A stretch of DNA of 64,000 nucleotides from positions 275,055 through 339,054 of the forward strand of contig CAVVYZ010000017.1 in NCBI GenBank assembly GCA_963752595.1, in the 5' to 3' direction. Under the pieces are notes generated by a model. The model worked only from the letters and a program-made list of their open reading frames with translations. It was not told the DNA's origin and searched no databases. This stretch comes from an uncultured delta proteobacterium (GTDB taxonomy: Bacteria; Desulfobacterota; Desulfomonilia; UBA1062). Made by a program: the position numbers and the translations under genes. This document shows positions 38,585 to 50,374 of this stretch, piece after piece; within the stretch, counting starts at the first letter, position 1, and every line of letters starts with the position of its first letter.

Positions 38585-40563
38585 ATGGCTGATAATAATG
38601 AACAGGATTTTTATGACAAGGTTTTTCCCGTTCCTGACAGAGTCAGGGAGAAATCATACATCAAGAGCAGGGCAGATTATGAGAAAATGTACAAGGAATC
38701 CATCGAGAATCCGGATGCCTTCTGGGCGAAACAGGCGCTGTGAGAGACTGAGCTGGTTCAAGTCCTTTGACAAGAAAAAGGTTTCCGACTGGTCGTTCGG
38801 TGACGATCTTCATGTAAAATGGTTTGAAGGCGGAAAGCTGAATGTAAGCTATAACTGCCTGGACCGGCACCTGGAAACGAAGAAGACCAAAGCGGCGATC
38901 ATTTTCGAAGGCAATGACCCCAACGACTGGAAGGTCTATACGTATTACGACCTGTACCGGGAGGTGAACAAGTTTGCGAATGTCCTCAAGGACCTGGGTA
39001 TCAAGAAGGGCGATGTGGTAACCATCTATCTCCCCATGATCCCGGAGCTGGTCATCACCATGCTTGCCTGCACCAGGATCGGCGCACTCCACGCCATCGT
39101 GTTCGGCGGCTTCTCCGCGGAAGCTCTCAGGGACAGGATAAACGACTGCAAATCCACCCTGCTCATCACCTGCGACGGCACCTACCGGGGAGCCAAGGCA
39201 GTCCCGCAGAAGGACAACGCGGACAAGGCGGCCGAACAGTGCCCGACGGTAAAGACCCAGATCGTGGTCAAACGGACCGGCACCAAGGTGGACATGAAGG
39301 AAGGCCGCGACATCTGGTACGAGGACCTGATGGCCAAGGCGGCACCGTATACTGCAAGCCGGAGGAAATGGATGCCGAAGATCCGCTGTTCATCCTCTAT
39401 ACCTCCGGTTCCACCGGAAACCCAAGGGCGTGCTGCACACGACCGCGGGATATCTCCTGTATGCCTCCATGACCCAGGAGCTGGCCTTCGACGTGCGCGA
39501 TGAAGACGTCTACTGGTGCACGGCCGACATCGGCTGGGTGACCGGTCACAGCTACGTGGCCTACGGCCCGCTCTGCAACGGATACACCAGCATCGTGTTC
39601 GAGGGCGTTCCCAGCTATCCGGACTACGACCGGTTCTGGGCCGTGGTGGAAAAATACAATGTCAACAACTTTTACACCGCACCGACCGCCATCCGCGCCA
39701 TTGCCAAGGAAGGGGACAAGTGGGTGGAAATGCACGACATCTCTTCGCTGCGGGTCCTCGGCTCGGTGGGCGAACCGCTGAACCCCGAAGCCTGGTGGTG
39801 GTATTACAACAAGGTCGGCGGCGGCAGGTGCACCATCGCGGATACCTGGTGGCAGACCGAGACCGGCGGCCACATGATCCTCCCGCTGCCCGGCGCCATC
39901 GATATCAAACCCGCCAAGGCCATGGTGCCCTTCTTCGGCGTGTAGCCGGCCATCATGAGATGAAGACGGGAAAGAGATCACGGGTCCCGGCAAGGGAGCC
40001 CTGTGCATCAAGACTGCATGGCCTGGCATGCTGCAGAGGAGTATACGGCGACCAGGACTCTGTTCAGGGAAAATTACTTCTCACAGTTCCCCGGGTACTA
40101 CTTCTCGGGTGACGGAGCCGAGCGGGATGCGGACGGCGATTATAAGATCACCGGCAGGATCGACGACGTCATCAACGTTTCCGGTCACCGGCTGGGAACT
40201 GCGGAAGTCGAAGCGGCCCTAACCCTGCATCCGGATGTGGCCGAATCAGCGGTCGTGGGATTCCCCCACAATATCAAAGGACAGGGAATCTATGCCTATG
40301 TGACGCTGAATACCGGCGTGAACAAGACCGACGCGCTGAAGAAGGACCTGGTCGCGCTGGTCCGCAAGGAGATCGGCCCCATTGCGACTCCAGACTGTAT
40401 CCAGTGGGCTGACGGTCTTCCCAAGACCAGGTCGGGCAAGATCATGCGCCGCGTGCTGAGAAAGGTCGCAGCCAATGACTTCACCGATCTCGGTGATACC
40501 TCGACCATGGCGGATTCAGGTGTCGTGGACGACCTGATCAGCGGCAGGAAGGAAATAGGCTAG
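38585..40563 (+). CDS. acs: Acetyl-CoA synthetase (AMP-forming), several frameshifts (likely sequencing errors)
   Basis: [60 protein letters not shown]. Confidence 0.92.
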
Positions 40564-40857
40564 AAGACTCAACAGGCGTGGGGTCCGGGTAAAGGGCCTC
40601 ACGCTCCCGTTTTTTATGAGCCGGTACATGATTTGTAGGAGAGAAAGCAGGATGTCTCCTTAATTTGCTTGGCGGCTTAAGAATTTACAGATGAACGGCT
40701 CGCAGGAATCACCATCAGAAAGAGAGATGAAAGGCCGGATCAACCTCGATCCGGCCTAGTTCTTTTTTTACTCGCAATCGGGAAAAAGGAACGCGAACAA
40801 TAGACGATGCCCTGGTATATTGGAAAAATAAAGCCATCGATGAAACTGCCTTCCGCC

Positions 40858-43551
40858 TCAGGCAAGCTTCAAAGACAGGGTAAACATGTTTCCGCTTTTT
40901 TCAACGATCTTGAAAGCGCAGCGCTTCAGGACCTTTATCATGGCATGATTTTCCTGCATGGTCTCGGAGACCACGCTTTGAATTCCCCAATGCCTGGCCA
41001 GTCCGACACTCATGTCGGAGAGCAGGTGGCCGAGGGTCTTTCTCTGCCACAGGTCGGAAACGATAACCGCGAACTCCGCTTCGTTGTTCCGGGACAGCCT
41101 GATGAGGCGGGCGATCCCGATGAGCTTGCGGCGACCGTTTTCAACCAGTTCCGCTGCGATGGCGACCTCTTCTTCGGGATTCAGGTCACAGAATTTCTGC
41201 GCCTTTTCAGGAGTGGCGCTGAAAGGCGCCAGAAAACGCATCCAGAGAGCGTCCGAAGAGCACCCGTTTACGAAATCGGTCCACAGGTCCGTATCGTGCA
41301 CCTTCAGAAGGCGGAACCTGACGTGATTTCCGTCCAGTTTGAAGGTGCTGCCTTCCAGACAGCCTTCCAGATTTTTCAAGAGGGTTTTTCTCCGGCGCAA
41401 CTCATAACGGTACATCTCGCCCATCACTTCTGCAGCCATTTCCGCTGTGGAATAGACCGGTATTCCCGCCTGTTCCATCCTGATGACGTTGTCGATCATG
41501 AACTCCTTGCAGGCAACACAGCAGAGAACCGGTTTGCCGTGATAGTCGATACCTTTCATGGCATCGATGAACGAGGCCAGCTTTTCACCCTGGACAATGA
41601 TGATGAGCCCGTGGACATCGTTGCTCAGGATGCCGATCTCTATGATCTGCTTCAGCTGCTCGGGCGAAAGGGAGAACGAGCAGTCGACGGGATTCATGAC
41701 ATTGAGATATCCGGGTAGGATTTCTGCAAGCTTTTCTTTGATCTGCGGTTCGAGCGTACTGAGCCTCAGGTTGTTGAGGTAGATCATGTCGGTGGCGGCA
41801 ACCCCCAGCGAACCTGTATAGGTGACGACCAGGACGCCGGGACCTTTCGGCAGAGGCTGTTTGGAGAATCCCCTCATGAGGGCGAACAGGTGTTCGTTGT
41901 CCCGTGCCCTGATGACACCGCTCTGCCTGAAGACCGCGCTGTTGATTTCATCGTCTCCCGCCAGGGATGCCGTGTGTGACGAGACGGCCTGCTTGCCGGC
42001 ATCGGTCCGGCCTGTCTTCAGGACGATAACCGGTTTCTGCCGGGAGATCCTGCCCGCAACCTCCACAAACCGTTTACCGCTCGTTACATCCTCCATGTAC
42101 ATGGCAATGACATCGATGTGCTCGTCATCCCCAAGGTATTCCAGGATATCCGTTTCGCTGATGTCCATCTTGTTGCCGATGGTGGCCACGATCCCGAAAT
42201 CGAGGACATTGCGCAGTCCCGCCAGTATGCCGGCCGCGTATACGCCTGCCTGTGCGATAAGCGCCACGTTCCCCTTCCTCAGCGAATCGATGATGCCGAT
42301 GGACTGCACCATGTTGTGATGGGTATTGATGACTCCCGAGCAGTTCGGCCCGAGCAGCCGGCTTCCTTTCCTGCCGATGATTTCCCTGATGCGCGCCTGC
42401 GCCTTTTTCCCGGCTTCCCCTGTCTCTGCGAACCCGGCTGTCTCCACGATCAGGCTCTTGATTCCCTTTGCGCAGCAGTCTTCGATCGCCTGTGGGACAG
42501 CCTCTGCAGGAACAATGATGATGGCGGTATCCACCGGTTCTTTTACTTCGAGGATCGATTTTCGGGCCCTGATCCCCATGATGGCATCCTTGTTCGGATT
42601 GATGGGGTAGAGACTGCCGTTATAACCGTGGGCGATCAGATTATGGAATACGTTGTATCCAAGCTTGCCCGGCGAATCCGTGGCGCCCAGGACAGCGATG
42701 CTCCTGGGGTAGAACAGATTGCGGAGATCATGTTTCAGGAAAGGCCTTTTCGACCGGTTTTCAGGGATGAAATCATCGACGAATATGCGTGCGTCCGCTG
42801 CCGTATAACCCTCGGGGTAGAGAAACACCGGATTCAGGTCCAGCTCCCTGATCTGCGGATGCCCGGCGAGCAGGTCCGATACTTTGAGCAGCAGCCGTTT
42901 CAGCGCCTCGATATCCGCTGCATGCCCCCGGTATCCCTTCAGCAGGGATCTTCCTTTTATCTCTTCGATCATATCGGCTGCATCTTCTTCATGAATGGGA
43001 AGGACCCTGAACGTGACGTCCTTCAGGACCTCCACGAAGATCCCGCCCAGACCGAACATGAGGATGGGGCCGAAGCTCGGGTCGCGCGTAACCCCGATGA
43101 TCGCCTCAATGCCCGGATCCGCCATCTTCTGCACGGATACCCCGATGACACGGCAGTGGGCGAAGGCTTCCATTATCTCCCGGAAGGCCTGCCGGACACC
43201 CTCTTCGTTCCGAACATCCAGCTTCACGCCTCCGCCTTCGGTTTTGTGGATGATTTCGGGGGATACGATCTTGAGGACCACCGGGTATCCTATGGTCCTG
43301 CTCGTTTCGACAGCCGAGTCTTCCGAGAAGACCACATGGCTGCCCGTCGTCTGTATGCCGATACTTTCGAGGATCTCCTTGCACTCGTGCTCCATCAGGC
43401 AGCTTCGCTCTTCATCGAGGGCCTTCCGGATGATCTTTCCGGTATCTGCAGGCAGAGGATGTTTGAAATCTCCGGGTAACAGATTGCCCGGGGCCTCTCC
43501 ATGCAGCGAAACATATCCTTTCTTCCTGATCAGCATGCCGCCTTCGTTCAT
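40858..43551 (-). CDS. ADP-forming acetate-CoA ligase-family protein (beta-alpha order) fused to a C-terminal GNAT domain (Pat-like)
   Basis: ATP-grasp (IIHKTEGGGV, FGLGG, ELDLNP), CoA-binding domain (PRSIAVLGA, GPNCSG), SSHTASLAG, GNAT (MRFL, AEFAVIVSD.WQRKTLG). Confidence 0.88.
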   Translation of the reverse strand: MNEGGMLIRKKGYVSLHGEAPGNLLPGDFKHPLPADTGKIIRKALDEERSCLMEHECKEILESIGIQTTGSHVVFSEDSAVETSRTIGYPVVLKIVSPEIIHKTEGGGVKLDVRNEEGVRQAFREIMEAFAHCRVIGVSVQKMADPGIEAIIGVTRDPSFGPILMFGLGGIFVEVLKDVTFRVLPIHEEDAADMIEEIKGRSLLKGYRGHAADIEALKRLLLKVSDLLAGHPQIRELDLNPVFLYPEGYTAADARIFVDDFIPENRSKRPFLKHDLRNLFYPRSIAVLGATDSPGKLGYNVFHNLIAHGYNGSLYPINPNKDAIMGIRARKSILEVKEPVDTAIIIVPAEAVPQAIEDCCAKGIKSLIVETAGFAETGEAGKKAQARIREIIGRKGSRLLGPNCSGVINTHHNMVQSIGIIDSLRKGNVALIAQAGVYAAGILAGLRNVLDFGIVATIGNKMDISETDILEYLGDDEHIDVIAMYMEDVTSGKRFVEVAGRISRQKPVIVLKTGRTDAGKQAVSSHTASLAGDDEINSAVFRQSGVIRARDNEHLFALMRGFSKQPLPKGPGVLVVTYTGSLGVAATDMIYLNNLRLSTLEPQIKEKLAEILPGYLNVMNPVDCSFSLSPEQLKQIIEIGILSNDVHGLIIIVQGEKLASFIDAMKGIDYHGKPVLCCVACKEFMIDNVIRMEQAGIPVYSTAEMAAEVMGEMYRYELRRRKTLLKNLEGCLEGSTFKLDGNHVRFRLLKVHDTDLWTDFVNGCSSDALWMRFLAPFSATPEKAQKFCDLNPEEEVAIAAELVENGRRKLIGIARLIRLSRNNEAEFAVIVSDLWQRKTLGHLLSDMSVGLARHWGIQSVVSETMQENHAMIKVLKRCAFKIVEKSGNMFTLSLKLA

Positions 43552-43751
43552 GTGACAGACCCCTTTCCATCTTCTGCAGCAAGGTTAGCTCTTTTATAAA
43601 ATTGAATTAGAAAGACCTTAACACAGCGGAAAAGGAGCCCGATATCAGGCAAGCGCTCATTTTAGTGTCGGATGGATCATGGATGCGTGACGGACATTAT
43701 CTGACAGGTTTCCGACCCGATCCTACCTCATCCGGGAGGAGAGGTGCGAGG

Positions 43752-44387
43752 TTACTGGGTCAGCAGGTTATTTTTCATGGCATAAAAGGTCAGCTCTGCA
43801 TTTTTCTTCAGGCCCATCTTGTCCATAATGCGGGAACGGTAGGTACTGACAGTCTTCACGCTCAGGCACAGCTCATCCCCGATCTCGCTCACCGATTTCC
43901 CTGATGCCAGCATGAGCATCACCTGGTATTCACGGTTCGAGAGCTTCTCGTGCCGCTGTTTGTCCGTTCTGTTGTCCAGCTCCCGGGCAAGTTTTTCCGC
44001 GAGCGATGCCGTTACATACTTTCCGCCCCTGGATACCTTCCGGATGGCGCCGATCAGTTCGTCGGATGCGCTGGCCTTGGTGAGGTATCCTGATGCCCCT
44101 GCCCGCAATGCCCGTACCGCGTACTGCTCTTCCGGATGCATGCTCAGGATGAGCACGGGGAGCCGCGGGTTCTGGTTGATGATGTCCTCGAGGATCTCGA
44201 GTCCGCTCCTGCCGGGCATGGAGATATCGAGCAGCACCACATCAAAGTTGCCCTGGTTTATTTTTTCAAGGGTTTCCTGTCCGTTTTCCGCCTCGTCTTC
44301 AACGATCATATCGTCCTGTCCGGACAGGATCTGTTTGACCCCCTCCCGTACCACGGTATGGTCGTCTGCCACCAGAATGCGTATCAT
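43752..44387 (-). CDS. NarL/UvrY-family response regulator (REC + LuxR HTH)
   Basis: ADDHTVVREG, LDISMPG, GYLTK, LSNRE, LSVKTVSTYR. Confidence 0.93.
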   Translation of the reverse strand: MIRILVADDHTVVREGVKQILSGQDDMIVEDEAENGQETLEKINQGNFDVVLLDISMPGRSGLEILEDIINQNPRLPVLILSMHPEEQYAVRALRAGASGYLTKASASDELIGAIRKVSRGGKYVTASLAEKLARELDNRTDKQRHEKLSNREYQVMLMLASGKSVSEIGDELCLSVKTVSTYRSRIMDKMGLKKNAELTFYAMKNNLLTQ

Positions 44388-45530
44388 GCTCCGGCCTCCT
44401 CCCTGGAGATAGGGATCACCACGGTCACTGTTGTGCCGCGGTGGTGTTTTCCGGTTATCCGGAACGTGCCGTTCCAGATGGTTACCCGTTCGCGGATGCC
44501 GATGATTCCGAATGATCTGGGATCTTCGATCTGTTTGCGGGTAATTCCTTTCCCATTGTCGATGACCTCGAGCGAAAGCTCATTTTCTTCCTGGGTAAGG
44601 CGGACCCAGACTTCGCTGGCCCCGGAATGCCGGGCGATATTGGTGAGGGTCTCCTGAAAAATACGGAATACGGTGGTGGCCAGGTCTTTGTTTATGGAGC
44701 TGTCTCTGCAGTCCACGTACACCTCGCACCCGATGCCCGATCTGTTCTGAAACTCCCCGGCCTGCCATTCAATGGCGGCGGTGAGGCCGAGATCATCCAG
44801 CAGGATGGGCCTGAGTTCCGTGATGATCCGGTGGACACTGTCGATGGTGGCTGTCCGCCAGACGGGTCATCCGCCGTGTCTTTTCAGCCAGGTGTGCCGA
44901 CCCGGCAGGCAGCTGGTTGCCAAGCCAGGCTATATCCATCTGAAGGGCCGTGAGTGACTGCCCCAGCTCATCATGGATTTCCCGCGCTATGCGGGTGCTT
45001 TCCTTTTCCCGGACGGACTGGAGATAGGCGGACAGGTTTCGGAGCTGTTCACGGGATCGTTCGAGCTCTTCCTCTGCCCGTTTTTTTTCGGTGATGTCTT
45101 CGTAGGTAATGACAATCCGCCGTTCTTTCAGCTTGTCTCCGATCCGTGCGGCCCTCATTCTGCAGAGGATATCCTTCCCGTCTTTCCGCCGGCAGTTGAA
45201 TTCGTTGACAAAGGTGCGCTGGCGCCTGAGGGTGGAGTAGAAGTACCGGGCAATCTCATCCGACTCTTTTTTGCTGCGGTAGAAGATCGTGACGCTCTTG
45301 CCGATCAGCTCTTCCCGGTCCCAGCCGAAGGTCCCTTTGATGGCATTATTGGCAAAAATGATTTTGCGGTTATGCAGTCCCACGATGGCCTGGGGGATGG
45401 CATCAAGGATGGATGATTCCAGGGCTGCGAACTCCTGGACGCGTCTCCGCCACCGCTGCTCCATGAGGTTCATGAAATCTCCGAGAAGGTTCTTTTTCCT
45501 GTCAAAAATCAGCGAGGTTACCTTGTCCAT
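44384..45530 (-). CDS. Cytoplasmic PAS + HisKA_3 sensor kinase, frameshift near 44850
   Basis: PAS domain, RIAREIHDELGQSLT, IFQETLTNIARHS, DNGKG, GIIGIRER. Confidence 0.88.
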
Positions 45531-45939
45531 AGTCTGTGTCCCTGACTTTTCATGAGATAGGATATATAGCGGGATCGATGCTCCCTTCTGGGAACTTGTT
45601 TTATCGATTGAGAGTATAGGGTAACGGCGATCTCCGGTCAAGAAAAATGGAAGCCAATGATAAGGAAATTCCTAGATTTTCGGAGACATAATACCGGATT
45701 CACAGAAAAGCAAAAAAAATATGACGCCCTTACATAAATATCTGAAAAAATATTCATTGGCCGGACATAAAAGCACCGGTTTGGTTAAGGCGGGAGTACA
45801 GGAAGAAATGGCTCAATACCTTCAGCTTTATTCAATTCACGCCTGGAATGGGTATAGCCATTTTTTTTATAATAACTCTTGCTGCTCGCCTAACTATAGG
45901 TTATATTTATTAATAGTGAATGATACATTGGGAGACTGA

Positions 45940-46231
45940 GTGGACACTCTGACAAAGATTGAATTAATCGATGAAATCATCATGAAAACAGGCCTTAGTC
46001 GGAAAGAGGCATCGGATGGCCTCGAAACCTTCCTCGAAATGATCAAGGAAACCCTTGAGAAAGGCGAGGAGGTAACTTTGTCCGGATTCGGCAAGTGGTC
46101 GGTAAGAGATGAAACGACCGAGAAGGGGCCGTAACCCGAAGACGGGTGAGGAAATCGCCATAACTGAAAGGCGTGTAGTTACCTTCTCGTTGTCAAATGT
46201 CCTGAGGGCAAAACTGGAAGAAGAAAAATAG
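45940..46231 (+). CDS. ihfA: IHF-alpha/HU-family protein, frameshifted near 46110 in this arm
   Basis: Mirror of the intact copy at 54526-54816. Confidence 0.75.
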
Positions 46232-46373
46232 CCCAGCGACAAACGGCAACAATTTTTCGAAGGGAAGAGATCAGACAGAGGTTTGATCGGATCTTTGCCT
46301 ATCCAAAGCTGAGGCCGAGGTGCAGGTGGAGAATGGATCAAACCGGGAATTTTTAAGATAACGTGTATCCGGA

Positions 46374-47068
46374 TTACCGGAAAATATTCCTTAACCTCAC
46401 GCTGTCGGTCCAGATGAGGTCGGTGTCCTCGTAGAGCTCTTTCATCCTGGGCCCCGATGAACAGCCTTTTCCTCTCGAACTCGTCTTCGTCAAGATCCGG
46501 CGGGATGGAGATCGGCTCTCCGAACCTGATGATCACCCGGGAAAACGGCTTGGGAATCAGAAACCTGTCCCAGCTCCTGAAGGACCACTTTTTCTCGGAT
46601 GACGTGATGGTTGGGGACGACTGCCATACCGGAAGCTTGAGCAATTCTGAGCAGGCCCGGTTTGACTACGCCGAAGGGCCCTTTGGGCCCGTCGACTATA
46701 TGGCCGATCCTGTATCCTCTCCTTGCCAGTTCCTTGAGCTGCTGCAGGCCTTCGCTGCCTCCTTTCGAAGAGGAACCCCTCACAGCCTGCCATCCGAGAA
46801 TATTGACGATGTGGGAAATGAATTCGCCGTCACGGCTCCTGCTGATGAGGATGGCGATGGGTTTGCGCGTTGCAAAGAACGTTATCCCGGGAAAGAACCT
46901 CTGGTGCCAGGATGCATAAATAATGCTGCCGTCCCTTCCGATCGCATCTCCTTCATTCTGCGGATCGACTATCTTGAGCCTGTATGTCGAGGAGAGCATC
47001 TTCACGAGGGAAAGCCCCCCATACGGCAGAACAGAATGAAACAGGAAAAACTTGAACGTTTTCTTCAC
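46374..47068 (-). CDS. DUF374/lysophospholipid acyltransferase-family protein, frameshifted in this arm
   Basis: WHQR, LISRSRDGE, VRGSSSKGG, VDGPKGP, SWDRF.IPKPF. Confidence 0.8.
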
Positions 47069-47188
47069 TTGCCCATAGCTCCTTAACGGTATCTATTGGC
47101 TTGATGCTTTGCAAGCCTTACACGTTCTTTACCGCAAGACCGGGCTTTATATCAAGGCTCTCTATCGGGCAAAGACGGCTCCCACGCC

Positions 47189-47714
47189 TTATTTGGTCTG
47201 GTCCACCTTGATCTGGTTGAGCAGAAGTATCTGCCTGTCTTCGTTCACTGAGAGCTCTTTGAACTGGGGTGACAGATTGCTTTCTCCGGCCTTCATGGCT
47301 CTCGCCCGGCTCATGAGATCCTGCAGCACAATCTCGTCGATCGGGAGCCGGCCTGTCACCTTTCTATCGTTTTCGACAGCAAGCTTGATCTGTCTTGCCA
47401 GGGTCGGTGTACCTTTTTGTTTTGAGCACGGTGAACTGGCTCAATGGGTATGGCCCCGGCCTCGAGCTTGCGTAATTGATCTCATTGAAAGGCCTGTTTT
47501 GCTGCTCTCTCAACTGCTTTGCCTGGGTAATGAGATTATACTGGAGGGTGTCCATCTCCTTCACGTTCATGCACGGGTCCGCGTACGGGTCAGTGGCGAA
47601 CAGCTCTCCCACGTTTACGCCAAGAGAAGCCCCAAGAGAGGCGACGACCGAGGCTATGGCAATGGCGTGCTTGAAAGGTCTCTTGCCCGTACCCTTCTCC
47701 TGACGATCCTGCAT
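47189..47714 (-). CDS. Hypothetical exported protein, frameshifted in this arm
   Basis: Mirror of 53049-53570. Confidence 0.55.
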
Positions 47715-47722
47715 CTTTTTCT

Positions 47723-48333
47723 TCACCCTCTCCTTGTCATGGTTTTTGCCCAGGCTTCCACAGCCAGGATATGAACGGCCATTTTTTCTTCTACTCCTTC
47801 GGGGAATGGTATGCCCGCTTCCCTGCAAGGGACCGGCTAAGGTGCCGTCCACGCCCGTCAGGGGGACGCTCCCTGTTTCCCTCCGCCGGGAAAACCCTGG
47901 ATCACGGAGGCAGGCAGTTCGCGCTCCTCGGGCTCGTCATACGTCATCATATACAGTCTCATCCAAAGCTCCAGGTATCCGTCCGCAGCCTCCATGAAGG
48001 GAATCGTGCCCTGAGCTTCGATATAGTCCGATTTTCTGTTTTCTTCTCCGTACTCACCTCGGCAGGCAGGGTTGGGTGCGATCTCCGAAAAGCTCTCGCT
48101 CCTCGTGCCGCTCAGGCTCCGTCCTCCTCCCAGTCGGAGCGGGGTGACTGCGGCGTGCGTGTAGCGCGAGACGAAATCCTCTGTGCAGATTCGCCGAGTG
48201 GATGAGCCATGCGTGAGATCTCGTAGGGATTGACCTGGATCTTCTTGTGACCGCAACAAGACGCGCATTGATTGCACGTAAAAGTGAATCGCGTCTGCGG
48301 TTTTAAGCCTTTTCTACGTAGGGGCAAGCTCAT
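47723..48333 (-). pseudogene. YkgJ-family cysteine-cluster protein, disrupted
   Basis: F.CxxCxxCC...I.VNPYEI; mirror of 52433-53040. Confidence 0.65.
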
Positions 48334-48551
48334 AGTCTTTGTATGATTTAATGGCATCAAGGAACTGCAAAGATGTATATGTCCTAAATGGAAGGATGCT
48401 CCCTGGCAGGGAAAGTTGCTTGTAATCGAGAACTTTTTGAATGCACTTTGCTCGCTCCTTCATTTCGAAAGGCTCCATGGTCTCTATTGCTTCACAGAAG
48501 GATCCACTCCGCCTCTTTTGCAACCCTGCTCCATTAATGACGTGGCCGTCA

Positions 48552-50368
48552 TCAGCCAAAGGCTGCAAGGGTTTAGCCTCCTGAAACGTGCCGCAGTCTG
48601 ACAGCGGTGGAACCACTGACCTCTCCGGGTTGAGGGATCACGCGCATGGGCCGCCGCAGGTCACGCAAGCGATGGGATCGGGGCGTGGGCTGCTCTTTGT
48701 CGGTCTGCCACTGGTCGCACTGGACGCAGACCTTGGCGCCGTTCCGGGTGGTTCGCACCGGGCCCTGGCAGAAGCGGCAGGCCTCCAGGGGGCTTCCCCT
48801 CGGCGTCCGTGTCGAAGGACACCTTGCACTCGGGACCGCTGCGCACTTCACGTAGTGGCGGCCTTCCCAGTCCCGCAGATGCAGGTGGGCTCCGCACTTC
48901 GGGCAGGTCCCCACCGCCGGGCCGAACACCCGCCGGAGCCCTGGGGCGCCTGCTGCTTGATGCGCTCCACCAGTTCCGAGACGAAGGTCCGGATGCTGCC
49001 CATGAACTCGTCCCGCTGGGCCTCGCCCCGGCGGATCCGCTCCAGGCGCGCCTCCCATTCCCCGGTCATCTGGGGGCTCTTGAGGGTCTCCGCCTGGATG
49101 GACTGGATCAGCTCGATGCCTTTGGCCGTGGGCTGGAGGATGTTCCGCCTGCGCTCCACGAGCCCCGCTTCAGCAGGGTCTCGATGATGTTGGCCCGGGT
49201 GGCGGGGGTGCCGAGCCCGCAGTCCTTCATGGCGCCTTTGAGCTCCTCGTCGTCCAGCTCCTTGCCCGCGCCCTGCATGGCCCCCAGCAGGTCCGCCTTC
49301 GCTCATGCGCTTGGGGGGCGTGGTCTTGCCGGCCTTGGGAGCGAGTTCCTTCGTCTCGACGGATTCATCCTTCCGACCGGGGGGAGGGTGCCGGAGTCCT
49401 CGTCCTCTTCGGGCTCTTCGCCTTCGCGCCCTCCTCCTTGGCCTTCCTTCTTCGGGCGGCCATGGGGGGGATCCACGGCCGACCAGCCCAGCTCCTTCAC
49501 CACCGTGCCCGTGGTCTTGAAGGTCTCCTTCTCGATCTTGGTGATGATCGTGGTCTTGCCTTCGATGCGCTCGGGGAAATGGGCGGCCAGGAACCGCCGC
49601 GCGATCAGTTCGTAGATCTTCAGGCGGTCGCCCTGGAGATTCCTCGCGGGGTTCTCCGTGGGCACCAGGGCCGAGTGGTCCTCCACCTCCTTGTCGTTCA
49701 CGAACCGCTTGTCCAGTTTCACGGGCCAGCGCTTGCGCAGATCCTCCAGGAAGGGCTGCAGCTCGGTGAGCTGTCCCTGGGCGATGGCCTTGATCCAGCC
49801 GGCGGTCTTCTGGGCGTCGGCCTCCGTCAGGTAGCGGGAATTGGTGCGGGGGTAGCTGATGAGCTTGGCCTCATAGAGATCCTGGGCCACCTCCAGCGTG
49901 TGTTCCGCCGTGAACCCGAAGCGCTTGTTGGCCTCCTTCTGCAGGTTCGTGAGGTCGTAGAGCAGTTCCGGCTTCTTCTTCTCCGTCCTGGCGGTGACCG
50001 AGGCGATCCTGCCCGGCAGGCCGGCCAGCTGCTCGCGAAGGCCTTCGCGTCCTCTTCCTGGTCTCGAAGCGGTCCTGTCCCTCCGTCCGTTCTGGAACCA
50101 CTTGCCCTTGTGGTGCCTTCCTCGGCCTGGAAATGGCCCAGAGGGTCCAGAAGTCCTTGGGCACGAAGTCCGTGATCTCCAGCTCCCGGTTCACCAGCAG
50201 GGCCAGGGTGGGGGTCTGCACCCGGCCGATGGAGTAGACGCCCTCGCCTCCGGCCTTGCGCATCACCAGGGTCTGGGCCCGGGTGCAGTTGATGCCCACG
50301 AGCCAGTCCGATTCCTGCCGGCTGCGGGCCGCGTCCCGCAGGCCGCAGTAAGCATCGCCAGGCTTCAT
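48552..50368 (-). pseudogene. topB: DNA topoisomerase III, 5'-truncated and frameshifted
   Basis: DWLVGINCTRA, SIGRVQTPTL, ISYPRT, GLGTPATRA, LKSPQMTGEWE; TOPRIM domain absent. Confidence 0.85.
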
Positions 50369-50374
50369 GGAGTC

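Larger units (their letters stand above)
36825..50369. repeat. Left arm of giant inverted repeat
   Basis: Gene by gene the reverse complement of 50374-64000; base 64000 mirrors 36825. Confidence 0.95.

Noticed and set aside
49994-50374. Novel N-terminal domain on the 683-aa topoisomerase ORF
   Set aside because: It is the antisense reading of the left topB copy across the palindrome centre.
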